64,000 nt of DNA. It comes from Syntrophales bacterium (lineage in GTDB: Bacteria > Desulfobacterota > Syntrophia > Syntrophales > UBA4778). The DNA lies in the NCBI GenBank assembly GCA_963665615.2, contig CAXXQE010000007.1:62001-126000 (forward strand). Direction: 5' to 3'. A program made the position numbers and the translations under genes. The notes beneath the pieces are model-generated. The model had not been told where the DNA came from and did no database searches. It worked only from the letters and a program-made list of their open reading frames with translations. Below are positions 19,723-28,440 of this stretch, in pieces; positions within the stretch are counted from its first letter, which is position 1, and every line of letters begins with the position of its first letter.

Positions 19723-20637
19723 ATGAAGACGATCATCATTGTCTCGCGGGACATCGTCCTGACGAACCTGATTGAGGGGCCCTTGCGGCACGCCTTCAAA
19801 ACCTTCCATTTCAGCGCCATGCAGCATGCGCTTGATGTGATCTACAATTCGATCCCCAATCTGATCGTGCTCGAACTGCATCCGGACGACGCCGTCACGG
19901 CCGGACTCCTGCGAGACCTCAAGGAGGAGCCGATCTTCAGCCAACTGCCGATTCTCGCGATCTGGCCGGCTAAGGCCCCTGAGGACTGGAGCAACCTGCC
20001 GGTGGATGATTATATCCGGGTGGAGGAGGTCGAAGGAGAGATCCTTTCTCGCGTCAATCTCTGCATGCTTCGTTCCGAACGTATGGTGGAAATCAATCCA
20101 TTAACCCGTTTGCCGGGAAATATCTCCATCAACCGACAGATCCAGGAGCGCCTGGATCGCGCCGAGCCCTTTGCCTTCGGCTACGCGGATCTGGATTACT
20201 TCAAGCCCTTCAATGATAAATACGGTTTTAGCCGGGGCGATGAGGTTATCAAGATCACCGGACGCCTGATCCTGAACATCGTACGCAGCCGTCAGTCCCA
20301 AAACAGTTTTGTCGGGCATATCGGTGGCGACGACTTTGTGTTTATCTCGGACATCGAACCCGCCGAGGCGATTGCTGTGGACATTGTGACGGCTTTCGAC
20401 CGGATTATTCCGTCTATCTACGATCCAGAGGACCGGGACCAGGGATGCATTCAGTCTGTTGACCGTCAGGGAATCTCTCGGACCTTTCCGATCATGACCC
20501 TCTCCATCGGTGTCACCGATACGCGCCTGAAAACGATCAGCCATTATGGAGAGATAACAGAAGCCGCTTCCGAAATGAAGAAGTACGCCAAGCAGTATAA
20601 GGGAAGTTGCTTCAAATATAACCGTCGCCGGGATTGA
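19723..20637 (+). CDS. Diguanylate cyclase (GGDDF) with degenerate receiver domain
   Basis: NPLTRLPGN, DLDYFKPFNDKYG, HIGGDDF; N-terminal REC-like region lacks the canonical aspartates. Confidence 0.88.
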   Translation: MKTIIIVSRDIVLTNLIEGPLRHAFKTFHFSAMQHALDVIYNSIPNLIVLELHPDDAVTAGLLRDLKEEPIFSQLPILAIWPAKAPEDWSNLPVDDYIRVEEVEGEILSRVNLCMLRSERMVEINPLTRLPGNISINRQIQERLDRAEPFAFGYADLDYFKPFNDKYGFSRGDEVIKITGRLILNIVRSRQSQNSFVGHIGGDDFVFISDIEPAEAIAVDIVTAFDRIIPSIYDPEDRDQGCIQSVDRQGISRTFPIMTLSIGVTDTRLKTISHYGEITEAASEMKKYAKQYKGSCFKYNRRRD

Positions 20638-20680
20638 TCCGGCAGTCGGTTATGGGTTGTGAAAGCCTACCTTGAAATCC

Positions 20681-21385
20681 TTATCTGATCGCAACCACCG
20701 GAAGAATCTGTTTGAGACGAGCCCGCATATCTTCTAATTCTTCTCCTGAATACGCCATCCGTGCACCAAATGATGGATTCAGAGATTTGTTGGGAACGAA
20801 GTTCTGGACGACGAAGCGTTTGATCGGCGATACAGCCTTGTTTGTGATTTCGTGAGCGATTTCTACAAGGTCATCGGCGTCAACGAATTCCTTTAAGACG
20901 GTTGTCCTGAATTCATAGTCGATGCCGCTGTCGCGGATGATGCGAATGCTTTGAAAAATAGCGTCGAGGTCAACCAGGACACCGGAAACACTGGCGTACT
21001 TGGCCATAGGCGCCTTAACGTCCATGGCGATATAGTCAACAAGGTTCCGCCGGATCAGGGCTTCGATACGCTCCGGCCGAGAGCCATTCGTATCCAGCTT
21101 GACGGCGTAACCCAGCGCTTTGACCCTTTCAATGAACTCCGGCAGAATCTCGTGTAACGTAGGCTCACCGCCGGTGATGGAAATAGCGTCGAGTTTGCCA
21201 CGGCGCTTTTCGAGAAAGTCGAGCACGTCCGACTCTGTAAGGCCTTTGGGATAGTCCTCCGGAACGACGAGTTCGGGGTTGTGGCAGTAAGGGCAGCGAA
21301 AATTGCAGCCCAGGGTGAAGACGATCGCGCACACCCTGCCCGGATAATCAATCAGGGAGAACTTCTGTAGCGCGCCGATCATCAT
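20681..21385 (-). CDS. nrdG: Anaerobic ribonucleotide reductase activase (radical SAM)
   Basis: CNFRCPYC, TGGEP, KLDTNG; downstream of nrdD. Confidence 0.92.
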   Translation of the reverse strand: MMIGALQKFSLIDYPGRVCAIVFTLGCNFRCPYCHNPELVVPEDYPKGLTESDVLDFLEKRRGKLDAISITGGEPTLHEILPEFIERVKALGYAVKLDTNGSRPERIEALIRRNLVDYIAMDVKAPMAKYASVSGVLVDLDAIFQSIRIIRDSGIDYEFRTTVLKEFVDADDLVEIAHEITNKAVSPIKRFVVQNFVPNKSLNPSFGARMAYSGEELEDMRARLKQILPVVAIR

Positions 21386-21484
21386 TCTTGCTCCGGTAAA
21401 TCAATAAATCCAGATTCTGAGCGCTGATGCAGGAGAAAGAGTCGTTTCACCCGCCGTTCACCTTGTTGAAAGACTACCAGATTC

Positions 21485-21608
21485 GCAGGCTGTTCAAAAA
21501 TGCACAGATGCACGGCGTCGCAAAAACCGAATCGCGAGGCGTATATTGAAATACGTTGAGCGATGAGGTATGCAGCGCAACACAGCAGATGGGGGGGTAA
21601 CAGCCTGC
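21485..21608. mobile_element. About 124-bp MITE-like element between nrdD and nrdG
   Basis: Terminal inverted repeats gcaggctgtt / aacagcctgc; internal hairpin cgtat-attgaa-atacg; right end abuts the nrdD TAG. Confidence 0.65.
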
Positions 21609-23698
21609 TAAACGGCAAAGACCCGTCTCATCTTAAACTCCGCCTGTTTGCCTTTGTTCCACTGCTTGACGGGCCGCAGATAGCCCACCACGCGCGAGTA
21701 GACCTCGCAATCCGTTTCACAGGTCGGACACTCCGGCTGTTCACCCGCAATATAGCCGTGAGACGGACAGACGCTGAAGGTCGGTGTAAAGGTAAAATAG
21801 GGCAGGGTGTAGTTATCGCAGACCTTTTTCGTGAAAGCCTTCACGGATCTGGGATCGTCGATCTTCTCCCCGGCAAAGGTGTGGAACACCGTGCCACCCG
21901 TATATTGACTCTGAATCCTGTCTTGCAGATCGAGGGCCTCGAAGATGTCGTCCGTAAAGTTGACTGGCAGTTGCGTTGAATTGGTATAGAAGACCTCGCC
22001 GAGTTCTCCGCCGCATTCCTTGTCGTTGGCGCAGACGATCTCCGGATACATCTTTTTGTCGATCTGGGCCAGCCGGTAGGAGGTTCCCTCGGCCGGGGTT
22101 GCTTCCAGATTGTAGTTGTTGCCCGTTTCTTCCTGGAATTCGACGAGCTTTTTCTTCATGAAGTCCAGTACGCGGATCGTAAAATCGCGTCCCTCCGGAT
22201 CGCCCACCGTCTTGCCCATGAAGTTCAGACAGGCCTCGTTCATGCCCACCAGGCCGATCGTCGAGAAGTGGTTCTTCCAGTAGGAGCCGAAGCGAGCCTT
22301 CACGTCTCGCAGGTAGTAGCGCGTATAGGGATAGAGGTTGCCGTCGGTGAAATTTTCGAGAACCTTCCGCTTGATCTCCAGGCTCTCTTTGGCGACCAGC
22401 ATCATGTCTTCCAGGCGCTGCATGAATTCCACTTCCGACTTCGAGAGATAGCCGATCCGCGGCAGGTTGATTGTAACAACGCCGACCGAGCCTGTCAGCG
22501 GATTGGAGCCGAAGAGGCCGCCGCCGCGTTTTTCCAGCTCGCGGTTGTCGATCCGCAGCCGGCAGCACATGCTGCGCGCATCCTCCGGACTCATATCCGA
22601 ATTGACGAAGTTCGAGAAATACGGAACGCCGTATTTCGAGGTCATCTCCCAGAGATATTCGAGATTCTTGTTGTCCCAGTCGAAGTCCCTGGTGATGTTG
22701 TACGTAGGAATCGGAAAGGTGAAGACCCGCCCCTTGGCGTCGCCCTCGGCCATGACCTCCAGGAAGGCCAGGTTGAAGAGATCCATCTCCTGCTGGAATT
22801 CCTTGTACGTCTCAGGTTTGAGTTCGCCGCCGATCGTGACGTTCTGGTCAGCGAAGTACTTGGGCACCGTGACATCGAGCGTGACATTCGTAAAGGGCGT
22901 CTGAAAGCCGACCCGCGTAGGCACGTTGATATTGAAGATGAATTCCTGGAGCGCCTGTCGGACCTCCTTGAAGGTGAGGCCATCGTATTTGATGAACGGC
23001 GCCAGCAGCGTATCGAAGTTGGAGAAGGCCTGAGCGCCCGCTGCCTCGCCCTGGAGGGTGTAGAAGAAGTTGACGATCTGCCCCAGCGCACTGCGAAGAT
23101 GCTTGGCAGGACGGCTTTCTACCTTGCCGGATGCTCCCTTGAACCCCTCGCGCAAAAGGTCCTGGAGATCCCAGCCCACGCAGTAAACAGACAGCAGGCT
23201 CAGGTCATGGATATGAAAATCCCCATCGGAATGGGCCTTCTTGACCGCGGGAGGATAGATTTCATTGAGCCAGTAGACCTTGCTGACCTCAGAGGAGATG
23301 TAGTTGTTCAACCCCTGAAGCGAGTAGTCCATATTGCTGTTTTCGTTTATCTTCCAGTCCGTTTTCTTCAGGTACTGATCGACCATGTCGATCTCGAGGT
23401 TGTTGGCGAGATCGCGCAGACGGGCATGCTGATCGCGGTAGATGATATAGGCCTTGGCTGTTTTACGGTAGGGGGAAGACAGCAGGACCTCTTCGACGAT
23501 GTCCTGAAACTCTTCGACCGAAGGAACGCTGTCCCCGAAAAGGGTTTCACCCAGGGAAAGAACCTTGATGGTGAGCTTCCGGGCAACGGCCATGTCGAAT
23601 TCGCCGGTAGCGCCTCCGGCCTTGGCGATGGCGCTGGTGATCTTTTCAGCATTAAATGGCACTAACCTGCCGTCACGCTTCTTGATTCTCTCGTACAT
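21608..23698 (-). CDS. nrdD: Class III (anaerobic) ribonucleoside-triphosphate reductase with ATP cone
   Basis: ATP cone KKRDG; YCVGW, SMCCRL, EATPAE, CxxH/CxxC, glycyl-radical RVVGY. Confidence 0.96.
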   Translation of the reverse strand: MYERIKKRDGRLVPFNAEKITSAIAKAGGATGEFDMAVARKLTIKVLSLGETLFGDSVPSVEEFQDIVEEVLLSSPYRKTAKAYIIYRDQHARLRDLANNLEIDMVDQYLKKTDWKINENSNMDYSLQGLNNYISSEVSKVYWLNEIYPPAVKKAHSDGDFHIHDLSLLSVYCVGWDLQDLLREGFKGASGKVESRPAKHLRSALGQIVNFFYTLQGEAAGAQAFSNFDTLLAPFIKYDGLTFKEVRQALQEFIFNINVPTRVGFQTPFTNVTLDVTVPKYFADQNVTIGGELKPETYKEFQQEMDLFNLAFLEVMAEGDAKGRVFTFPIPTYNITRDFDWDNKNLEYLWEMTSKYGVPYFSNFVNSDMSPEDARSMCCRLRIDNRELEKRGGGLFGSNPLTGSVGVVTINLPRIGYLSKSEVEFMQRLEDMMLVAKESLEIKRKVLENFTDGNLYPYTRYYLRDVKARFGSYWKNHFSTIGLVGMNEACLNFMGKTVGDPEGRDFTIRVLDFMKKKLVEFQEETGNNYNLEATPAEGTSYRLAQIDKKMYPEIVCANDKECGGELGEVFYTNSTQLPVNFTDDIFEALDLQDRIQSQYTGGTVFHTFAGEKIDDPRSVKAFTKKVCDNYTLPYFTFTPTFSVCPSHGYIAGEQPECPTCETDCEVYSRVVGYLRPVKQWNKGKQAEFKMRRVFAV

Positions 23699-23716
23699 GC
23701 TTATGCTCCCCTCCGT

Positions 23717-23764
23717 GCACTACATATAGTGTGAGCATAATAGCGATGGCACAAGATATTGCAA
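23717..23764. promoter_or_regulatory. Tandem NrdR boxes
   Basis: gcactacatatagtgt (23717-23732) and gcacaagatattgcaa (23749-23764), 32 bp apart, just upstream of nrdD; match acaCwAtATaTwGtg. Confidence 0.85.
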
Positions 23765-23800
23765 GGAGTTTTTGCTGAAAAATCGAAAAATCTTCTTTGA

Positions 23801-23978
23801 GAGCATGTCCGTAAATAACCTCGCTATCCCGCATCCCATCTTCACGCCATCTTTCGCGTATTCAATCGTAAAATCCTCAACGCAGCTTTCCTAGCACTCT
23901 GGTTTTGTTCAATAGAGCAAGAAAAATCTGACGCAAACCCCGGCGCTATCTTGCACAACGTTATTTATGGACATGCTC
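23801..23978. mobile_element. 178-bp MITE-like element at the left border of the island
   Basis: 19-bp terminal inverted repeats with one mismatch: gagcatgtccgtaaataac / gttatttatggacatgctc. Confidence 0.7.
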
Positions 23979-24109
23979 AAAATTGCGGGAAAGCTTTTGC
24001 CAGACCAAAGTGACCCGGAAAAACGAAGCTGAGTAGAGACTGAGAAGAGATTCTTGTAGGATATAATAGATTTTAAACTAAAAAAGTGATAACAGCTACT
24101 CGGTAAAAA

Positions 24110-24277
24110 ATGAACATGATTTTAAAAGAAAAACGACAAAATAATGCGCTATTTATTTCTATCCTTACGGTGGCTATCCTCTTGGGCGCTATAGGTATTT
24201 CACCCTATGCTTATATGCGTGGACACTCACTCCGACTGATCGGCACTAACAATGGGGGTAGGTCCGCGTCAGTCTAA
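24110..24277 (+). CDS. Small 55-aa ORF with one hydrophobic segment, possibly a truncated gene
   Basis: MNMILKEKRQNNALFISILTVAILLGAIGISPYAY...; stop lies within GTCTAAC. Confidence 0.3.
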   Translation: MNMILKEKRQNNALFISILTVAILLGAIGISPYAYMRGHSLRLIGTNNGGRSASV

Positions 24278-24313
24278 CAACTCTTATCAAATCTTAAGGA
24301 AGGAGATCAATTA

Positions 24314-24862
24314 ATGAACATCGCTCGAATGACTTTTAAGGGGGCACTTGCCTTATTTGCTGTGGGTATTTTGGCTAGTTGTGCTACAGCACCGGCACCA
24401 GTAAACTATGCGCCTAGTTCGGTTCTTTCCGCGACCGGATCGGTTTGTGTTGGAGACTTTCGCTACCTCCCGTGTGACAATGGCGCAGTGGCAAAGAATC
24501 AGATCAAAAATACTGCACTTGGGAAGATAGAAATCGACCGAGATGTCAAGGACTTCTTTCGAGATGCACTTTTTGCAGAACTTCGTTTTGTCGGAGTAAA
24601 ACTCGATAACAAAAACCGTTTGCTGCTTGGTGACATTTCAGAGTTCCTAATCGACGACTTGGGATTCAATGTTGACTGGTCTCTCAAAGTACGCTACGCG
24701 GTTAAAGATATGGCAGAAAATAAGGTGCTCTTTGAGTCAGAAAAGGTCGTCCAACGCAGAACCGCGAAGTTTGTAAACCCATTTGGCGCTCTCAACGAGA
24801 CTATCAAACTAAATGTTGAGCAATTGCTGAGAGATCCGGAGTTCATGAAAGCGGTTCAATAG
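24314..24862 (+). CDS. Hypothetical lipoprotein
   Basis: RBS aaggag; lipobox LASC. Confidence 0.8.
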   Translation: MNIARMTFKGALALFAVGILASCATAPAPVNYAPSSVLSATGSVCVGDFRYLPCDNGAVAKNQIKNTALGKIEIDRDVKDFFRDALFAELRFVGVKLDNKNRLLLGDISEFLIDDLGFNVDWSLKVRYAVKDMAENKVLFESEKVVQRRTAKFVNPFGALNETIKLNVEQLLRDPEFMKAVQ

Positions 24863-24985
24863 CCGAAAGCGCAACGTGTGAAAAGATAAAGCTGAATGTC
24901 TCGGGACTTTCTTGACCACATGAGCTGGAAAAACTGTTATTCACCGTCAGCATAAAACAGAACATCAGACGTGTGAGGGGATCGT

Positions 24986-25010
24986 AAGTTCACAAAGGCA
25001 ACAACGTCCC
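24986..25010 (+). repeat. Border motif copy 1
   Basis: aagttcacaaaggCAACAACGTCCC, 45 bp before the LVIVD gene. Confidence 0.6.
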
Positions 25011-25054
25011 TGGATCTGGATATTGGAGTGACCTTTATCGTGGGAAGTCGATTC

Positions 25055-26122
25055 ATGAGATTCATGACCAAATTACTTATTGTTCTAATTGTTCCATGGA
25101 TACTTCTTGCTTGTGGCGGAGGTGGCAATGGTACGACCGCACAATCCGTACCGCAGCCGACAGTCGAGAATTGGACCATCGTGTCGTCGCTGCCGTTCAG
25201 CTCCACGCCAACGGGCCTTGCTCTAAGTAACAAGATCGGCTATATCGCCGATGGCGATTTATCCATCGTGGACATAAACAACCCTGTTTCCCCGGTTGTT
25301 GTTCAAACCTTTGCCGCGAACACAGGTACCTTGGGCAGCATATACAGAGTGGCGGTCTCCGGCAACCGGATGCTGTTAGCAGCAACGCCACTTTGCAATG
25401 GCTGGTGTCAGTATGTTCCAGGTGCAGGTGCCGTTGGATTCTACAATACATCGGATCCATCGAATCCGCTCAAGATTTCGGAACTATCAATGGAGGCCAG
25501 TGATGTATTACTGGAGGGCAATATCGCTTACATCTCCAAGGACAATCTCCAGCCTCAACTGCATATAATCGATATGTCTGTCCAACCTGTTGCAAGCATT
25601 TTGGGTACCGCGAATATTGCAACGGGTGGAAGATTAGCCAAGGCGGGAAACGATGTATTTCTATCCTACAACAACTCATCGAGTTTTGAAGGACTGCAAA
25701 CGATCGATGTGACAACGCCGACAAGTCCGATTGTACTGAATGCCGCCAATAACGCCTGGTCCCTTGTGGATCATGCGCGTATCGCTATCTCGGGAAGTAC
25801 CGCGTACATCGCTGACAAAACCCAGGGGCTAAGGGTTTTGGATGTCAGCAACCCCGTCAGTCCTTCTGTTACACAGACAATACCCGCCCAGACCAGTGTT
25901 ACAGACGTAGCGGTTTATGACAGTTACCTATACGCTGCCGATGGCACCGGCGTGAGGGTCTTTGACATATCAAATCCAGGCAATCCTGTCTTCACACGAA
26001 CCATCGCGACGAGCTATACAGCGAAGTTGGTTGCCGTTAATGATGGCGTTGGTGTTGTTGTGATGGAGCAAACATACGGTACGCAATATCATCTCGGTAT
26101 TTTTGTGCCAGCCCCACATTGA
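25055..26122 (+). CDS. LVIVD-repeat beta-propeller lipoprotein
   Basis: Lipobox LLACGGGG; repeats LSIVDINNP, LHIIDMS, LQTIDVTTP, LRVLDVSNP, VRVFDISNP. Confidence 0.85.
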   Translation: MRFMTKLLIVLIVPWILLACGGGGNGTTAQSVPQPTVENWTIVSSLPFSSTPTGLALSNKIGYIADGDLSIVDINNPVSPVVVQTFAANTGTLGSIYRVAVSGNRMLLAATPLCNGWCQYVPGAGAVGFYNTSDPSNPLKISELSMEASDVLLEGNIAYISKDNLQPQLHIIDMSVQPVASILGTANIATGGRLAKAGNDVFLSYNNSSSFEGLQTIDVTTPTSPIVLNAANNAWSLVDHARIAISGSTAYIADKTQGLRVLDVSNPVSPSVTQTIPAQTSVTDVAVYDSYLYAADGTGVRVFDISNPGNPVFTRTIATSYTAKLVAVNDGVGVVVMEQTYGTQYHLGIFVPAPH

Positions 26123-26137
26123 TGAGAGCCGGCGAAA

Positions 26138-26164
26138 GGGGACGTTGTTGGCTCACGTTAGCGT
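26138..26164 (-). repeat. Border motif copy 2 (inverted)
   Basis: Reverse complement reads acgctaacgtgagcCAACAACGTCCCC; begins 16 bp after the LVIVD stop. Confidence 0.6.
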
Positions 26165-26248
26165 ATTGTTACGGAGTTGAAATTGATTGGTGAGCATATA
26201 GGTCAAAGGAGAAGTAATTTCGAATAACTATTTTCAGGAGGTCCCTTC

Positions 26249-28321
26249 ATGCTGGAGTTTATTTTCTGGATTCTGTCTTTCTGGCCCTACATTCTGACTG
26301 CTGCCGTTGTCTTTCTTGTATGGAAGTCTGTTGTCCTTGTTGGGGGGACTGAACTTGCTGTCATCGAGCGCAAGTATCTCGGCAAGGGCATGCCACAGGG
26401 GCGCGTGATCGCGCAGGCTGATGAAGTCGGTATTCAGGCGCGGACGCTCGGGCCGGGGCTGCACTTCCTCATTCCCTTTCTGTACAAACCAAAGAAATAC
26501 CCCTTCACGACAATCGCTGAAAAAGAGGTTGGTATCATAGAGTCGATCGACGGCGATCCTGTGCCTCCAGGAAGAATCTTCGCGCGGGTGGTCGAAGGAC
26601 ACAATTCTTTTCAGGATGGTAGCACCTTTCTAAAAAGCGGTGGTCAGAAGGGACCGCAGATCGAAATCCTCCCGCCTGGTACCTATCGAATCAATCCGGT
26701 CCTCTTTCTGGTTAGAAAAGAATCAGCCCAGATTATTGAAACGGGCAAGATCGGCATCGTCACGTCCATGGATGGAAATGCCATTCCTGCCGGTCGTCTG
26801 CTAGGAAAAAAGGTCGAAGGGCATTTCAGTTTTGAAAATGGCGAGGTCTTTCTGGCCAATGGTGGTCAGAAAGGGCCCCAGATCGATATCCTGTTGCCGG
26901 GGACGTATCGTATCAATACCGATCTTTTTCACACGGAAGTGCGCGAGGCCACGGTTGTGCCTGCTACCAAAGTCGGTCTCATCACCGCTTTGGATGGTGA
27001 ACCGCTGCCGGACAGCGAATATGTTGCCAAGCCGGTAACCGGTCATAACGATTTTCAGGATGCCTCCAAGTTCTTGATTGCCGGCGGCCAGCGCGGGCCA
27101 CAATTCGATGTCCTGAGGCCGGGGACGTACTACATCAATCCCCTGATCTTCGAGATCGAACTCGATGATGTCGCTGTTGTTGAGAGGGGGCAGGTTGCCG
27201 TCGTTGTTTCGAACGTGGGGGAAGAGCCGGTTCAAGTACGCCGCGCGATCGAGGAGATGGCGAAGCATGAAGGCGCAGTGCCGGGAAGCGACGCTTATAG
27301 CGAAATTGAAAAGCGATACGAAACAGGAATCGAGCGCTACGTCGTACCGAAGGGATTTCGGGGCATCCAGCAAGAAGTTGCTGGGCCGGGCGTCTATTAT
27401 CTGAATCGCCGGGCTTATCTGGCTTATATTGTCGATACGACCAACATCACCATCGATTGGGACGACTCTAAGGAAACGCGTTTTGATCCCCTTAAGGTCA
27501 TCTCCAGGGACGGTTTTGCCATCAGCGTTTCCGTCAAGGTCGTCATCCGGGTGCGTCCCGATCAGGCGCCCTACATGGTCGCCAAGATCGGTTCAATCGA
27601 AAACCTGATCCTGCACGTCATTCATCCCATGATCGACTCCAGTTTCCGCAATCAGGCGTCATCCACGTCGGCCATGAACTTCATGCAGGATCGCCAGGAA
27701 GAGCAGCGCAAGGCTGAAGAGCGGGCCAAAGCGGAACTTGAAAAATACCATGTTGAGTGCGTCTCCGTCCTCATCTGCCAGATCAATCTGCCTCAGGAAC
27801 TCATGGACACGCAGACGAAAAAGATCATCGCTCAACAGCAGCAGGCGATGTACGAGGAACAGCAGCGCGCTGAGCAGACCCGAATTGCCACGGAAAAGAC
27901 GCGTTCCGAGGCGGATCAGCAGAAGAACCTCGTCGAGGCTGAGATCGGCGTCAAGATCGCAGAGCAGAACAAGCAGAAGACGATTCGCTTTGCCGAAGGC
28001 GAGGCCGAGAGCATCCGCTTGCGGGCTGAAGGCGAGGCGCGCGGCATCAAGGCGAAGGGCGATGCGGAGGGGTCGCGGATTCTCGCTATCGGAGAATCTA
28101 CAGCCAAGGCCTACGAGCTCCAGAACAAGGCTGTCGGTCAGCAGGGGGTGACCGCGATCGAGATTGCCAAGCAGATCGCCGCCGGAAACGTGAAAGTCAC
28201 GCCTGATTTCCTGGTGCAAGGAAGCGACAATATAGGCGGTCTGCTCTCAGCCTTTTTGACGAAAATTGTTGCGGTCCCGTCTCAAGGCACGGCAATATCG
28301 GAGAAAGACGTTGCGACGTAA
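26249..28321 (+). CDS. Large SPFH/flotillin-like membrane protein with three internal repeats
   Basis: N-terminal TM; three GHxxF...GGQ(K/R)GPQ...PGTYxIN repeats; SPFH core (SRDGF, SSFRN); AEGEA coiled coil. Confidence 0.88.
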   Translation: MLEFIFWILSFWPYILTAAVVFLVWKSVVLVGGTELAVIERKYLGKGMPQGRVIAQADEVGIQARTLGPGLHFLIPFLYKPKKYPFTTIAEKEVGIIESIDGDPVPPGRIFARVVEGHNSFQDGSTFLKSGGQKGPQIEILPPGTYRINPVLFLVRKESAQIIETGKIGIVTSMDGNAIPAGRLLGKKVEGHFSFENGEVFLANGGQKGPQIDILLPGTYRINTDLFHTEVREATVVPATKVGLITALDGEPLPDSEYVAKPVTGHNDFQDASKFLIAGGQRGPQFDVLRPGTYYINPLIFEIELDDVAVVERGQVAVVVSNVGEEPVQVRRAIEEMAKHEGAVPGSDAYSEIEKRYETGIERYVVPKGFRGIQQEVAGPGVYYLNRRAYLAYIVDTTNITIDWDDSKETRFDPLKVISRDGFAISVSVKVVIRVRPDQAPYMVAKIGSIENLILHVIHPMIDSSFRNQASSTSAMNFMQDRQEEQRKAEERAKAELEKYHVECVSVLICQINLPQELMDTQTKKIIAQQQQAMYEEQQRAEQTRIATEKTRSEADQQKNLVEAEIGVKIAEQNKQKTIRFAEGEAESIRLRAEGEARGIKAKGDAEGSRILAIGESTAKAYELQNKAVGQQGVTAIEIAKQIAAGNVKVTPDFLVQGSDNIGGLLSAFLTKIVAVPSQGTAISEKDVAT

Positions 28322-28430
28322 AGAGATCGGGGCGCATTGCGGGATCAAGGAGTCAGGCGTCTCGCAATCCGTTCGCCGGGTCGAGGCGCAGCTAACGGCA
28401 ACGGCGGATAAAGTGATGCGTCGGCAGGTA
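28320..28430 (+). pseudogene. Probable C-terminal HTH fragment of a RAYT/Y1-type transposase
   Basis: Translates KEIGAHCGIKESGVSQSVRRVEAQL...DKVMRRQV, like the DnaA-C-type HTH tail of these transposases (from recall, not searched). Confidence 0.55.
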
Positions 28431-28440
28431 GGGGGGGAAA

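Noticed and set aside
21382..21618. 78-aa ORF bridging nrdD and nrdG
   Set aside because: Largely made of the MITE-like element; no protein motif.
23748..23764. TGGCAC...TTGC as a sigma54 promoter
   Set aside because: Spacing is one base too long and the site is explained as the second NrdR box.
26157..26163. GTTAGCG as an attC core for the LVIVD gene
   Set aside because: No RYYYAAC inverse core or L boxes between the stop and this site.
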